Assembly (NCBI RefSeq): GCF_025526975.1
Contig: NW_026515681.1
Span: forward strand, 310,001 to 374,000
Direction of reading: 5' to 3'
DNA length: 64,000 nucleotides
Origin: Fimicolochytrium jonesii
Lineage: Eukaryota
Shown: in pieces, positions 12,743 to 25,323 of the stretch
How the letters are laid out: every line of letters starts with the position of its first letter
Numbering within the stretch: position 1 is the first letter of the stretch
Program-made: the position numbers and the translations under genes
The notes under the pieces: generated by a model
Seen by the model: only the letters and a program-made list of their open reading frames with translations
Databases searched by the model: none
Told to the model about the DNA's origin: nothing

Positions 12743-12925
12743 TGCCCCCTTGCGGATTCGAACCTGCGCATGGGAGGCTTGTGCCTCCTCACGTGACACT
12801 GAATTAAATCCGCCCCAGCAAAGCGAGCGATAACGACCGTGAAACAGCCAGTGCCCGCATTTGAGCACATCCACACCCCCCAACTCCGCAGAAGACACCC
12901 CCGCCCCACTCGGCAAACGGGAGGC
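12743..12925 (-). ncRNA. Putative Pol III tRNA-like structured RNA (about 183 nt), unknown class
   Basis: A-box TTGCCGAGTGG (12906-12916), B-box GGTTCGAATCC (12754-12764), paired termini GCCTCC/GGGGGC, T6 terminator at 12723-12728, and several G-U-containing helices on the minus strand. Confidence 0.65.
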
Positions 12926-13663
12926 GCTTTCAAGGTCTGGGTCTCGGCATAAGCAGGACCGGACGAATCGGAAGGTATAAATTGGGAGAGAACTGGGAAT
13001 CACTCAACGCTACTGGACACCGGTCGGGTCTCCCCCGCTATCAACCGCAAGCGACAAAAGCGCCACTCCATTTGGAAACGGAACGACGACCGACAATTGT
13101 GCAGACAGACCGCCGACGTTCGACAGACCAAGAGGAGGCTGGAGTTTCTCGCAAAGGACTGTTCTTTCTACTTTTTCTGCCGTTTCGCTCCTGTCAATAA
13201 AAGAAAAACGCAACTCCCCGGCCCTTTCCTACCTTTACTTGTTTGTTGAAAAAACTGTGTGCGCTCCGTCGCAGCCGGTCCTTCGATTCTGTAGGATCGT
13301 CAGCGTCTCTAATCCATATTGGGCTCATCTGTGTGCACTGGCCACTTGCTTTAGCTTGGTGGGAAAATTGGGAGTTTGGGCAGAAAAGCAGAAGAGGAGG
13401 GTTTTCGAAATCTGAGGCTTTTAGGGACGGAAACGGGTGGGAAATTATCTTGCCAAGAGGTGGGGCAAAGGGAAAGAGGAAAGAAAATAATCAAACACAC
13501 ACAGGCACATCAGCCTTTGTTTCGTTCGTCCTCAGTTGGCCTCGGTCTTTCACACTAGTAGTGAATCCCGAACAACCGATATATTCGTGACGTTCATCTC
13601 CGTGAAGAACTACTAAAGCGTCTTCATAAGGAGAGCCTCTCCTAACGTCGTCGGTCCATCACA

Positions 13664-16600
13664 ATGACGAACACAGCGGCGGCGGATCTGGAGGCTATTC
13701 GGCTCGAATATCGGGCGTCCTTGGCCGACCTGACGTTCAACTCCAAGCCGATCATCACGAACTTGACGATTATCGCGCAGGAGAATGTGGGAGCAGCTGG
13801 GGCGATTGTCAAGGCGATTGAGGACCAAATGCGTAATGTAAGTATCAAGGACTTTGTGTCTCTGGATCGTATTGGGATGAATTTCGATTTCTCTGCGGAA
13901 AGCCTCATGGTGTTTTCGTAATTTTTGTTTTCTTAATCAAACTAATGTTCATGTTCACAGGCACAACCTAAACAAAAGCTTCCGGTTCTCTATCTGATGG
14001 ACTCCATCATGAAAAACGTCGGAGGAGCCTACATCAGCATTTTCGCACGAAATATCGTGCGCACATTCGCGTCCGCCTTTGAACAGGTCGATCCTGCAGA
14101 TAGGCAGAGGTTCGTGAAAGTTCTTGCAACGTGGAAAAACAACCCAGCGGGTCCGCTTTTCGCAGTCCCCGTGTTGAGGGAGTTGGACAATGTCGTCGCG
14201 ACGAAAATGAGGGAACCGGCACAGCGCAGACCGTCTCTGGGCGCCATTCACGTCAATCCAAATTTTGTGGTATGTAGCGTTATGTCATTCTTTCCTGCAT
14301 TTCCTAAGAATTTGATTGCTCACAAAATCTTTCCATCTTCAGGGTTTATCACCATCCGTGTCTCCTACAGCTCAAGCACCACCATCAGGGAACAACTTCG
14401 CCAATGGTGGTGCTTATCCGCAAGCAGACGGCCATTCAAGGAATGGAACTGGAAGATATCCACAACGCGGGCCATACGACCGCCCTCCGTCAGGCCGTGG
14501 ACGTCAGGATTCGGCAGGGCTAAGGCGTGGCGTCAGTAATGGGCAAACCAGGAGGGAGACGCCCGTAGCGCGAGCGGCACCTAGAAGCACGGTAAGTAAG
14601 ACCGATTTTTGTATCTTTAGTGTAGGGGAGCGGGAACGGCAGCCCGTGCAATCAATTGCGAAGGTGTTTCCGTCGACACCGCACGGACGACACCCCGATA
14701 CGGATTACAAGGTTCCGGAGGGATTGCGTCTCAGTTACACCTTGATACACGGCGCTTGTTGCGCAGCACATATTGAAAAGTTGGAACAGTCCCTTTATAC
14801 GAGCGTTGAGGAATCTAAAGATCCATATACATATATGAGTGATGTGGAAGATGCATATCGATCTTCGTCTACATATAAACCGCCTCGACGATATACATAG
14901 GCCTGCGTGAAATGATGTTGCGATGGGGATCATATGGACGGCATACTGATCTCCTCCTTTCCCACATCTTCCTCTTCTCTTCACTTCCGTTATGTTGGCC
15001 ATAGTATCACTCACCGCAGATGCCCGGCGGCGGCAGCCAACCGCTAAACAGCAGCTTCAACGCGGGCGACATCCCGCCTTCCGGCACGAATCCGAGCGTT
15101 GACGCTTTGAAACGGCAGATCGAGCTTGTTTTGTCGCAGAAGCAGGCTGTGACGCTGCTGAACCCGCTGGATACGTTGACGTTGGGACATATCCAGGTCT
15201 TGACGCAGGTTCGTAATGTCATCCTGCGTTCTGTCGATAGATTTGAGATGTCGACTAAACTGACGCATGTCTCCTTGTATAGCTCCTGCAAGCTGTGAAG
15301 ACGACAACCCTGGACGCCAACTCCATTCAACAAATTAGCCAGATGCTGCAGCAGTACGCCTCGACACCGCAACTCACCAACCCAACACCCAACTTCGCAT
15401 CCCTGCAACCCCAACTCCCGATGCAGCAAACCGCATCCGTCCTATCCTCCTTCCTCCCACCCCAACCAATCCTCACATCCGCTGCATTAGGCGGGTTCAG
15501 TCTCCCGCAAATGACCAGCACCTCGTTCCCGGCCATGGCGAACACCTATATGCCGACCATGAGCACTTCTCAGGGCATGCTGCCGTCGAGCGTGCAAAGC
15601 CTGCTGTCCGACCCGAATGCGTTGAATGGGTTGTTGGGGACGTTGACGCCGGGGTTGGTTGGGGGGCAGCAACAGCAGCAACAGCAACAGCAGCTTGGGA
15701 ATGGGTTGTATGCGAACGGGATGGGATCCAACGGGCGTGCGAATGCTCCCGTTGTGGTTATGCTGTCGATTGAGGAGTTGCCGCCTATCCGGTTGACCCA
15801 TGAGGACATCAACAAGTGAGGCTTCCCCTTCTCGCCTTTCACTTCAAGTACTTGTGTGTGCGGGGCACTCACCACATCACTGTCATCCCTCTAGAATATA
15901 CCCCAACGCAGTAACCCTCCTCTACGAAGGCCTGGACCTGCAATGCCGGCAATGCGGGACACGTCACCGCCGCGACGAGAACGGACGCGCGAAGATGGAC
16001 GCGCACCTCGACTGGCATTTCCGCCAGAACCGCCGGCTGAAGGATAAAGCCAAGAAAGCCATCTCAAGGGACTGGTTTGTTACTGAGGAGGAGTGGATTG
16101 CGGAACGGGAGGTTGATGTTAAGGATCGGAAAGGTATGTTTTGGCGTGTGTTGTGGTGTTTGATGTCGCGAGGTGTGGGTGCCTCATCCAGATGTGTGTT
16201 TGTCTCTCTCCCATTAGCACCAGCACTGTTCTTCGAACACGAAGGCGAAACACCCGCAGAACCTCCCGAAGAGGTCTCCAATATACCCGCCGCGGGACAA
16301 AGCAACCCACGCTGCGCCATCTGCACCGAACCGCTCGAGAAGTTCTATGACGAAGAGACGGACGATTGGATGCTGAGGGCTGCTGTTCGCGTTGACGACG
16401 TTGTAAGTCTCTACATACTCCTAGCTGCAATGACGTACAACTGCACCTGAGTTCGAAACTCATTATTTCCTTTCTCTTTCTCCTCCCTCTTACATACAGC
16501 TCTACCACCAAGCCTGCTACAAAGATTCCCAAAAGTCCCTCCAAGCCGCGCCTACAACAACGTCGCCAGACACAGGCGCAAGCACGCCCGTATCCGAGAC

Positions 16601-16685
16601 GGAGCCCGCAAGTGGCGGCAAGCGGAAGCGCGAGCAGGGCGATGGCGATGACGTGAAGAAAATTAAGACTGAAACATCGGTCTGA
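13664..16685 (+). CDS. PCF11: Cleavage/polyadenylation and termination factor Pcf11, multi-exon
   Basis: [45 protein letters not shown]. Zn fingers: [22 protein letters not shown] and [26 protein letters not shown]. Confidence 0.95.
14718..14900 (+). ncRNA. Candidate intronic box H/ACA snoRNA in the long Pcf11 intron (14592-15019)
   Basis: Hairpin 1 is closed by GAGGGATTG/CAGTCCCTT and followed by the H box ATACGA (14797-14802). Hairpin 2 is closed by CGTTGAGG/CCTCGACG with upper helices TATATG/CATATA and GAAGAT/ATCTTC, followed by ACA at 14895-14897. Confidence 0.5.
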
Positions 16686-17133
16686 TGTTGAGGGAACCCG
16701 GGATGTATGGAGTGTCATATCAACTCCTTCTGTCTCTTTCTTCTCCCGCGAATGGGCGTCGTATCGTGGCCTGTAATACAACTGAAGCTATGATGTGCGG
16801 ATATGTGCGAATTTATGTTGGGATGTGTGGGCTTTTGGCTATCTCTTTCTTGCGTACTACGTCTGTTCATTTGTTTCCGGAGAATACATTTGCTTCAAAC
16901 AAGCCTTATTCACGAACGGAGAAATGGCGAAGTCCCCAAGTCCCGTACGAGTGATGATATTCGTGAGGGTCAAACTTTGTAATATGTAAACAAGTCCCAT
17001 CCCGCACACCGTCTCACGTCCATGTATATACGCTCTACGTAGGTCTGAAACTAACGCGTCCAAGGTCCGCCTTGCTCGCCAAGCTGTCACTCAAAATCGC
17101 TCAACAAGGGACCACCCATCCAACTGCGCGAGC

Positions 17134-20100
17134 TCAAGTCAACCCCGCCCGTCCCCTCGCCTGCGGCGTCCGATTCGCGCTCCGTTTTTCCTTCTCAGAC
17201 GACGACCCCACCGCCGCAGCCGTAACCTTAACAAAAACAGGTACCGGGACATCTCCGTTACTCTTCCCTTTGCCCCGCTTGTGGCCTCTTCGTTTCCCAC
17301 CTCCGCTCCCACCGCTACCCGCGCATGCTGGCGCCGCCGGGGGTAAGGGCCCACTCGCAAACCCAAACGAAGGCGGAGACACGGTGTCGATATCGGCAGT
17401 CGGGGCATGCAGAGGTAGTGCCTTTTTCTGCGGCCGGGTCCGCAGGCGAGCGAGGTTGGCTTGGATGTCGCGCACGACGGGGTCTTCTCCTGCCAGTGAT
17501 GTGATCTTTGATGGGGGTTTGCGGAGCGATGGTTGATTTCGGCCTGCTGTAGGAAGTTCTTGTGTATAAGAATGTGACAAAAATGCCTCGGGAAGCCCAA
17601 TGGCTCCGGCATCCGTCCCCATCAGTGCCGCAGGGATGTGAACCGGCACGATCCCACTAGGCTGGTACGCCAGCGGTTGGTGCGCATATTGTGTGCCGTT
17701 CTCATCGTAGGCGGGGTATACTAGCCAGGTCGCATCACCAGCATGTTCCGTCTCCTCGTCTACGCTACCTCTTCGTCTCGGTGGGGTCCACTTCGAGCTA
17801 GCGCCCATAGCCCATTTCGGCACAGGCGGGGCCCAGGTGTAGTCGGGTATCGCGACGAACGGGGCCGCCTGCTTGATATGTGGCATGTGATGCGGGTACT
17901 CCGAGGACAGGTTGTTGTTGGGTATAGGGTGTTGTTGGGGTGGCGGGAACACGAGCCCGTGGTGGGTATAGACAACCTGTCCGTGCATCTCCACAGCCCC
18001 GACATTGTGCTCGTCGCCGTCATCGTAGTCATAGTCGCCGTTGACGGATTGCGTGAGCATGTCGCTAGAGAGCTGACTGAGCTCTGGGTAGTCTCTGCGT
18101 CCGCCGGTTAGATCCGGCAGGTCGTCCAGGTAGTTGCCGTGGTGCTCGAGACCGTCGTCGCCATCGCTATTGCCGAACGAGTCTTCCTCGTTGTGCGCGC
18201 GTCTGAAGGTGTCATATCGGCCGTGTTGATTCGGAGGCGGTGTAGCGGATCGACTGGATGTTTGACTCATGTTGGCGTACACGCCGGGGTCGTTGGAGAG
18301 GTCTGGGAGATCGTCCATGTAATCGCCGTGCTCCTCGGTCACTTCGGAAAATACGGCTTGCTCAACTCTCGTGATCTGAACGAATCCGTCATCATCCGCC
18401 TCTTCCGCTGACAATCCAAGTTCGCGGTGAACTTCTCCGATGCTCATGAATTTGGCGGACGCCACGTCTTCAGGTTTTGCAACGCGGGTGACAGATACAC
18501 TGGCTATCCGCGCGTTCGGCTCCAATGTCTGCACATGCATCATGAAAGTTCCGGAATCTGGATGGGATCGGTGTTCGGACACAGCCTGTATCGCCGGAGA
18601 ACTGGATGTCACAACATTGGCAGGCTGCTCAATGAGTGGCTGAGGCCCGGAGGGTACTTCTCTCCTAACCAGTCCGGAAGGGCCTGGTTCGACGGTCGCC
18701 TGATTCCGAACCGCCGTCTCATATTCCGACAGAGCTTGCTCATCATCCTCGTCCGACGCAACCCGTCTTCCCTTCCCCTTTGCTTCGGCCTCCCTCACCT
18801 CCCTCATTCCCCTTTTCCGTTCCATCCGATCCCTCCGTTCCTTCCGGTCCTCCTGATCCTGCATTTTTTGAAACTCCGCGAGCGACATAGTCGTCTTCGG
18901 CTTCTCTTTCTTCTTCTTCTTCGGTTTCGCCAACTTCACTACCGCAACGCCGCTAATCCGACCGTCCACGTCCGCGTCATAGTCTTCATCTTTTCTGAGG
19001 ATAGTCGCGGTGCTCATATCGATCTCGTACGCGGAGGGCCGGTAATCGGACCCGGCCAGACGGGCGGCTTCGCGGCGTTTCCGTCGTTCGGCGCGCCGCT
19101 CTTCGCGTTCTTTGATGAGTTTTGCTTTGAGCTCGCGGAGCTCGGGGGTATCGAATAAACCGGAGATGTCTTTTTCTAGCTGATCTATTTGGGAGTCGTC
19201 GGAGGAGTCGGATATTGCTTCTGTTTGTGTTCGAGGTGGTGAGGAAGCCCGGCGGGGTGCAGGGGAGCTTGCACGACTACGAACCAAGATTGGCCGCGTT
19301 TCCCGTTTGTCGGCACTGCTGTCTTGCCCGTCGATGCCATAATCGGCTCCGAGATAGACGGATCGAACGAAAGGAGGAGCTGCGGTGCTTTCGGACTTCT
19401 TCGCATTTGCCGCTTCTATTATAGCTGCTGTAGACGGTCCCTTCAGTGCCGCCTTACGCCGCCTAGACAACGATCGCCGAGACCCGCTCCGTGACCTTGA
19501 TCGGATCTTCTTGGTGTTCCCCCGTCCACGCGTCCCGCCTGCCGGCTGTTGACCCTTCTCATAAAGGATGCTCTTCGAAAAAGTCTTTCTAAAGCCTCCC
19601 GTCGCGCTCACGTCATCGAATCTCATGATGACACCATCGCAAGCTGGTGTCGGACACTCTTGCCCCATGAGCATATCCTTCGACAGCCCATAAACGCGCT
19701 TCTCGATGCCGCGCCAGCAGGATTTGTGGTAGTAGAGGGAACAATTCTTAGGGGCATTGCAAGTGACCCTAGCGCACAAGGTGCCCCTCTTCTCCCAGAA
19801 GATCTTTGGCTTCGCACATTCCTCATGTTGGCAAATCTGGTCGGGTTTTGGTCGGCGATCCGCTTTGGCTTGTTCCTCTCGTATTAAGTCTCGGAGTTTA
19901 TGTGGGTCAGATTCGGGAATCTCGACCTTCTCGTCGCCGGTGCTGGGGTAATAGCGACGAGAAGAATCGGGCAAGCCTGTGCAAACTTCCAGCGCGCACT
20001 CGAGAACTGTGTCGACCTCGTCGCTGAACTTGTCGAATTGGTTGATGGCCTGACCATATGCCCAATGCACGAACGGTAATGAGTCCGAAGCGACTTGAGT

Positions 20101-20937
20101 GAGGAGTCGCAGCACACCCAAAATTTCCGGCCCGCGTTTCGGGTCATTATCCAAAAGCAAGCTCCGCGCGTACAGGTATCGAAGAAGGTTCAGCGAGTAA
20201 GGGTATTTCTCCGTCTTCTCACTGGGCATGTTCTCCCACTCCTTAATGGCGAAGGAGAAGTTCAACGCCGCAGTCACCCATTTGTCCTGGTTGAATGCAG
20301 TCATGGCGCTCGAAACCCTCAGATGGATCGCATCAACGCTGTTCTCCATTTGCTCCTTTTCGCGCATGAGCTTCTTCCTCTCCTGCCGTGCTAGTTTGTA
20401 TGCTTCCCGTCGTTCTCTTTCGCGCTCCGCTTCTTCCCGTTCTACTTGTTCGCGACGTTTCTCAAACTCCTCCCTTAACTCTTGTTCCTGTTGTTCGCTT
20501 AGTGCTTCCTTCTCCTTCCGCTTTTGCTCCGCGTGCCACTTGACTTACCCACTCGCCAAAGTCTGGGGGTCGCCCGGCCTCAAAGTCGAATAACGGTTCT
20601 GACATGGGTGGCTGAACGTACGGCGCATCACTCACGTCATCATCGTCGTTGTCATCAGATTCGAATGGCGTGTCGCTTTCGTCTATTATGTCGGGCAAAT
20701 CGTCTGGGTTGCTATTGCTATTGAACTCCGACCGGCCTGTCCCCATGGCCAGGTAGTCGGCGTCGTCGTCGTACTCCGAGTCCGATTCGGTACTGTCCTC
20801 ACCGATCTACGTAGGAGAGAGGTTTGAGTGAATTTGATTCCGAGCTTTGCCCCTCCGTTGGCCTAACTTCGACGGTCATTATCATTCAAATGCTTCAGAA
20901 AACTCACCAAGCCCGGCATTTTGTCCTGGTCGGACAT
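17134..20937 (-). CDS. Large protein with a TPR-like helical region, a TTC3/DZIP3-like Cys/His domain and a long disordered C-terminus
   Basis: A 1077-aa ORF is extended 5' by two GT-AG introns to MSDQDKMPGL. It contains PDQICQHEEC..RVTCNAPKNCSLYYHKSCWRGI..QECPTPACDGVI, which resembles the TTC3 Cys-rich domain as I recall it. Confidence 0.7.
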
Positions 20938-21531
20938 ACTTTCGACTCGGTGCGACAATTTCGGCTTCGTTGCCCTGACAAGCGGCTATACTGGACTTGA
21001 AGGGGCCGTTACTGCGAACAACCGATGACTTGCGATATAGGAGGGGACTGGGCGCTCAGCAGTCAATAATTTCTGGAACGAGGTGAGGCCCCCTCGAACC
21101 CCGAGTCCAAGGTGGCCCGGAGTGGAACTCTCCGCAGAGAGAGCGGTCCAGTGGGTGTCCGAAAGGTCCGAAAACAAACTGGACGGACATATTATTCATT
21201 ATCAATTCATCCAGATCACGTGACTAGTCATGTGCCTCGCAATGGGGTTCCTCGTTCTCGAGTTTCTGGTTGACAACCGTCCGAAGCTCAAACTGCCCAA
21301 CACCACCCATTCTCAGTACGCTTTGAAGCAGTCGCACCCGCGCTGACAGCGCCACTCCGAGCCAACGAAGGAGCGAAGGGAACCCACTCTGCGAATCTGC
21401 GAGGAGTTCGTCGATCGTCAAAAGTCTGCTGGATTCCTTCGCTTGAGGCAACCAGTGGAAAGCAAGTCTTCGACAACGCGATCTTGCGTCTGAAAAACGA
21501 TATCCGGTCGAAACAAATATAGCTTGGCAAC

Positions 21532-22664
21532 ATGAGCGCACGTAGAATAGCGGTTCGAACAGCAGCACGGGGATGTGCATGGGGCAACTCTACCCCAACA
21601 GCAAGGCTGCATAGCTGCTCTCGGTTACCAGCCCATGTTCCCGCCTCCATGTCCTCTCTAATTTCGTCCTTGCGGTCCCGACGCTACTCAACCGAAACAA
21701 CACCAAAGCGGAAGGCACAACTGACAGCCTTCGCTGCACGAAGCGGCTTCCAATTGTCGTCTCAGGACCTTCTCACACAAGCATTAACCCACACATCGTA
21801 TGACTCCTCACGGTCGGATTCCCTACGGCTAAGACACTTAGGTACGCTACGAGAAGCGTTTTCTGAGCGCCCATTCTGGAATGCTTATCGTTTTGTCCGG
21901 TTGTAGGAGAGCATGTGTTGGGATTGTATGTGACGGAGCACCTGTTCAGCAAATACCCACTTCTGCCGGCAGACAGCTTGAAGAGTATAGTGACTGCGTA
22001 TACGGGGGATGATGCACTGCAGAGCGTTGCAAAGCTGTTTGGAGTGCCGCAAGTGATGCTGTGGAAGGTGGGCAACCTGTCGATCTGAAAGATAGAACTG
22101 GCCTTAAAAAGCTGATCGTTTCTCCAAAATACGGTAAAGGGGTCGAAGGGACAATCTACAAAAGGAGAAGATCCAGTCGCGGCGCAGATCCTGTTATCAC
22201 TCATCGGCGCCCTCTATACCGACAAAGGCCCAAAAGCCGCCCGCCAATTCATCCAAAACCATTTCCTCACGCGATCGGTAGAGCTAGAGAACCATCTCGA
22301 TACACCCAACCCACAAGCCCTACTTGTCAAGCTTACGCTTGCGAAGGGCCAGGTGCGGCCGATATCGCGGTTGATGAAGGAGACGGGACGGCAGTCTGCC
22401 ACGCCAGTGTTTTTGGTGGGCATGTACTCGGGGGTTCAGAAGATTGGACAAGGGTATGGGAGTTCGCTGAAGGAGGCGGAGTTTAGGGTGAGTGTGGTAC
22501 TGGTAGATCAAAGTTATGGACTTTGACAACACATTTATTGACTGATCGGGAAATTTCAGGCCGCGAAAGATGCACTGCACAAACACTATTTTGTCGAAGT
22601 GAGGGATTTTACTGTGCCTTCGGATATGGAGGCACCGTCGAGCTTGTTGGAGGAAGAGCCATAG
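21532..22664 (+). CDS. MRPL3: Mitochondrial ribosomal protein mL44 (RNase III-like + dsRBD), multi-exon
   Basis: Arg/Ser-rich presequence, QALTHTSY, LGLYVTEHLFSKYPLLP, ISRLMKETGRQSATPVFLVGMYSG..GQGYGSSLKEAEFRAAKDAL. Confidence 0.9.
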
Positions 22665-23718
22665 CCTGATCACACTTCTAGCACACACTTTGCTTGCGGG
22701 ATACCGATCTGAAAACCTCACAACTCTCCTACCGCTCGCTCACTCTTGGGATCGCGGTCACCACTATACACAAACGCACCGGGGGGGGGGGGGGGGGGCG
22801 TTTTGGGGGTGCCTGGTCACCTTCTCGTCGCTCGTCCTATCCTTATTAGAGATCGTTCTGCCCCATGTTCGTGTGGCGCATATGATGATGTAGCATACAC
22901 ATAGACAACAGATTCTGTGCGAGATCTTCCTGAGATTGTCTGGAAAGATTTGTGGGGATCTTCCTCCCGTGCTTCGTCTTTATGGGATTCCCGAAATTAC
23001 AATTCGGTAGGGGCACACGTGATTCAATTCCACGTCCGATGGTTCGCATCTCCGCGGGAAGTCCCGGAGGCGAATTCAAATGCTCTTTGAGCTCGGCTGA
23101 ACCTTGCCAGTTGAGGGTTGTTGGAGTCCCGAGTTGCGCGTCCTTTTTCGCCCGCGCCTAAACGAGCATTTTGGCCCCAGGCGTGCCCCCCCCAATCACA
23201 CCAACCCACGAACCCCCACCCGGAATTCTTGGCCGCTACTGTAACGACTGCGGTATAAAAGACACAGACTCCGACTTTTTTTCCCGGTCCGTTTCCTCAT
23301 CGGTCGCAACACTCCAATCTACCGTACTCGCATACTTCTCACCCACTGGGTTAAGTCGTCAAGACGTGTAAGTACTCCCTCCATACTCTCCCACTCTCCT
23401 TCACTATCCCTCTTCTCGTGATTCTCGCAAGCTCCACGCGGGGTGTTCTGAGACCGCAACGGAATCCAACCCTCGCTGGGGGAGAAAACGGATTCAGCAT
23501 AAACACTCCCCAAAAATCTGAGCATATTACTGATCGCTGGTTCTCTCTCTTCCACATATGCAGACGGCAATCAGCTTTACTCGTCGCACAACAGGCACCG
23601 GGGAAATCGTCGAAGGTTTCCCAAACCCAAAACGCACTGAGCTTTGTCAATCCCAGGCTCAACCCGACCTGCCTGTTCCAACTTTCGCAACTGCTCTCCA
23701 CACAAAACACAAACAAAA

Positions 23719-25323
23719 ATGCTCTCCGCTCACTCTACTACCGACCACTCGGCGTCGCCCAGCGTCAACGGCGTCGCCTTTGAACACTCCACCGGCTCCC
23801 GCGAGACCTTCCGCGTCGAGTCCGAGAATGTGGTGTACACTGAAAACCACATCGACTCCACCTATGTCTACCGTGACTCCAAGGTGCTTCGTTCCGCTAA
23901 CGGCTTGACCGTCGTCCCCACCGAAAAGACCTACCATTTCCGCACGAACCGCAAGGTTCCCCGCGTTGGTCTTATGATGGTTGGTTGGGGAGGTAACAAC
24001 GGTTCCACCTTGACGGCTTCGATTATCGCCAACCGTAAGAACATCACCTGGCGCACCAAGGAAGGTGTGCAGACTCCCAACTACTATGGGTCTGTTACTC
24101 AGGCCTCGACCTTGAAGCTAGGCGTCGACGAGAAGAACCAGGACGTCCACATTCCGTTCTCGGAGGTCTTGCCCATGGTTCACCCCAACGATCTCGTCCT
24201 CGGAGGTTGGGACATCAGCTCTGCCAATTTGGCCGAGTCCATGGAACGTGCCCAGGTTCTCGAGTACGACCTTCAGCGTCAAGTCCGTGACGAGCTTGAG
24301 GGTCTCAAGCCCCTGCCTTCCATCTACTACCCCGATTACATCGCGGCCAACCAGTCCGACCGTGCTGACAATGTGCTCCCGGGCACCAAGCAGCAGCATC
24401 TCGAGAAGATTCGTCAAGATATTCGCGAATTCAAGGCTGCTAACCACCTCGACAAGGTCATTGTGCTCTGGACCGCGAACACCGAACGCTTCTCGTCCAT
24501 CATTCCCGGTGTGAACGACACGGCGGAGGCTCTCCTGAACTCTATCAAGCAAGGTCATGACGAGGTTGCTCCTTCCACCGTCTTCGCCGTTGCTTGTATT
24601 CTCGAGAAGGTCCCGTTCGTCAACGGCTCTCCCCAGAACACCTTTGTGCCTGGTTGCGTCGAGCTCGCCATCACCCACAAGGTCTACATCGGCGGCGACG
24701 ATTTCAAATCCGGCCAGACCAAGTTCAAGTCCGTGATGGTTGACTTCCTCGTGAACGCTGGTATTAAGCCCATCGGTATAACCTCGTATAATCATCTGGG
24801 TAACAACGACGGCAAGAACCTCTCTGCCCCCCAGCAGTTCCGTTCCAAGGAAATATCCAAGTCTAACGTCGTCGACGACATGGTGGCGGCCAACCCCATC
24901 CTCTACAAGAAGGGAGAGCACCCCGACCACATCGTCGTCATCAAGTACTGTCCCGCGGTCGGCGATTCCAAGCGTGCCCTCGACGAGTACGTTTCCGAGA
25001 TCTTCATGGGCGGTCGCAACACTATCTCGACCTACAACGTCTGCGAGGACTCGTTGTTGGCCTCGCCCTTGATCTTGGACTTGACCATCATCACCGAGCT
25101 CATGACCCGTATCGAGTACCGCACCGACGACATGGAGGAGTACTCCCCCTTCCACTCGGTCCTCTCCGTCCTTTCCTACATGTTGAAGGCGCCTATGGTC
25201 CCCCCCGGGACCCCCGTCGTCAATGCGTTGGCTAAACAGAGGGCGGCGATGGAGAACATCTTCCGTGCTTGTGTCGGCTTGCCGCCCCAGAACGATATGA
25301 TGCTCGAGCACAAGGCCATCTAG
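23719..25323 (+). CDS. INO1: myo-inositol-1-phosphate synthase (intronless CDS)
   Basis: [37 protein letters not shown] and [14 protein letters not shown] motifs. Confidence 0.98.
   Translation: MLSAHSTTDHSASPSVNGVAFEHSTGSRETFRVESENVVYTENHIDSTYVYRDSKVLRSANGLTVVPTEKTYHFRTNRKVPRVGLMMVGWGGNNGSTLTASIIANRKNITWRTKEGVQTPNYYGSVTQASTLKLGVDEKNQDVHIPFSEVLPMVHPNDLVLGGWDISSANLAESMERAQVLEYDLQRQVRDELEGLKPLPSIYYPDYIAANQSDRADNVLPGTKQQHLEKIRQDIREFKAANHLDKVIVLWTANTERFSSIIPGVNDTAEALLNSIKQGHDEVAPSTVFAVACILEKVPFVNGSPQNTFVPGCVELAITHKVYIGGDDFKSGQTKFKSVMVDFLVNAGIKPIGITSYNHLGNNDGKNLSAPQQFRSKEISKSNVVDDMVAANPILYKKGEHPDHIVVIKYCPAVGDSKRALDEYVSEIFMGGRNTISTYNVCEDSLLASPLILDLTIITELMTRIEYRTDDMEEYSPFHSVLSVLSYMLKAPMVPPGTPVVNALAKQRAAMENIFRACVGLPPQNDMMLEHKAI

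Noticed and set aside
12743..12925. tRNA-Sec interpretation (9 nt before the A-box, long variable arm, a TTTCA loop)
   Set aside because: No 9-bp acceptor stem, 6-bp D-stem or CT-TCA-AA anticodon loop can be built, and the discriminator would be A. Kept only as an unclassified tRNA-like RNA.
24118..25311. 397-aa antisense ORF over INO1 (similar ones over eIF4A and tubulin)
   Set aside because: Expected shadow of strong C-ending codon bias on the sense strand.
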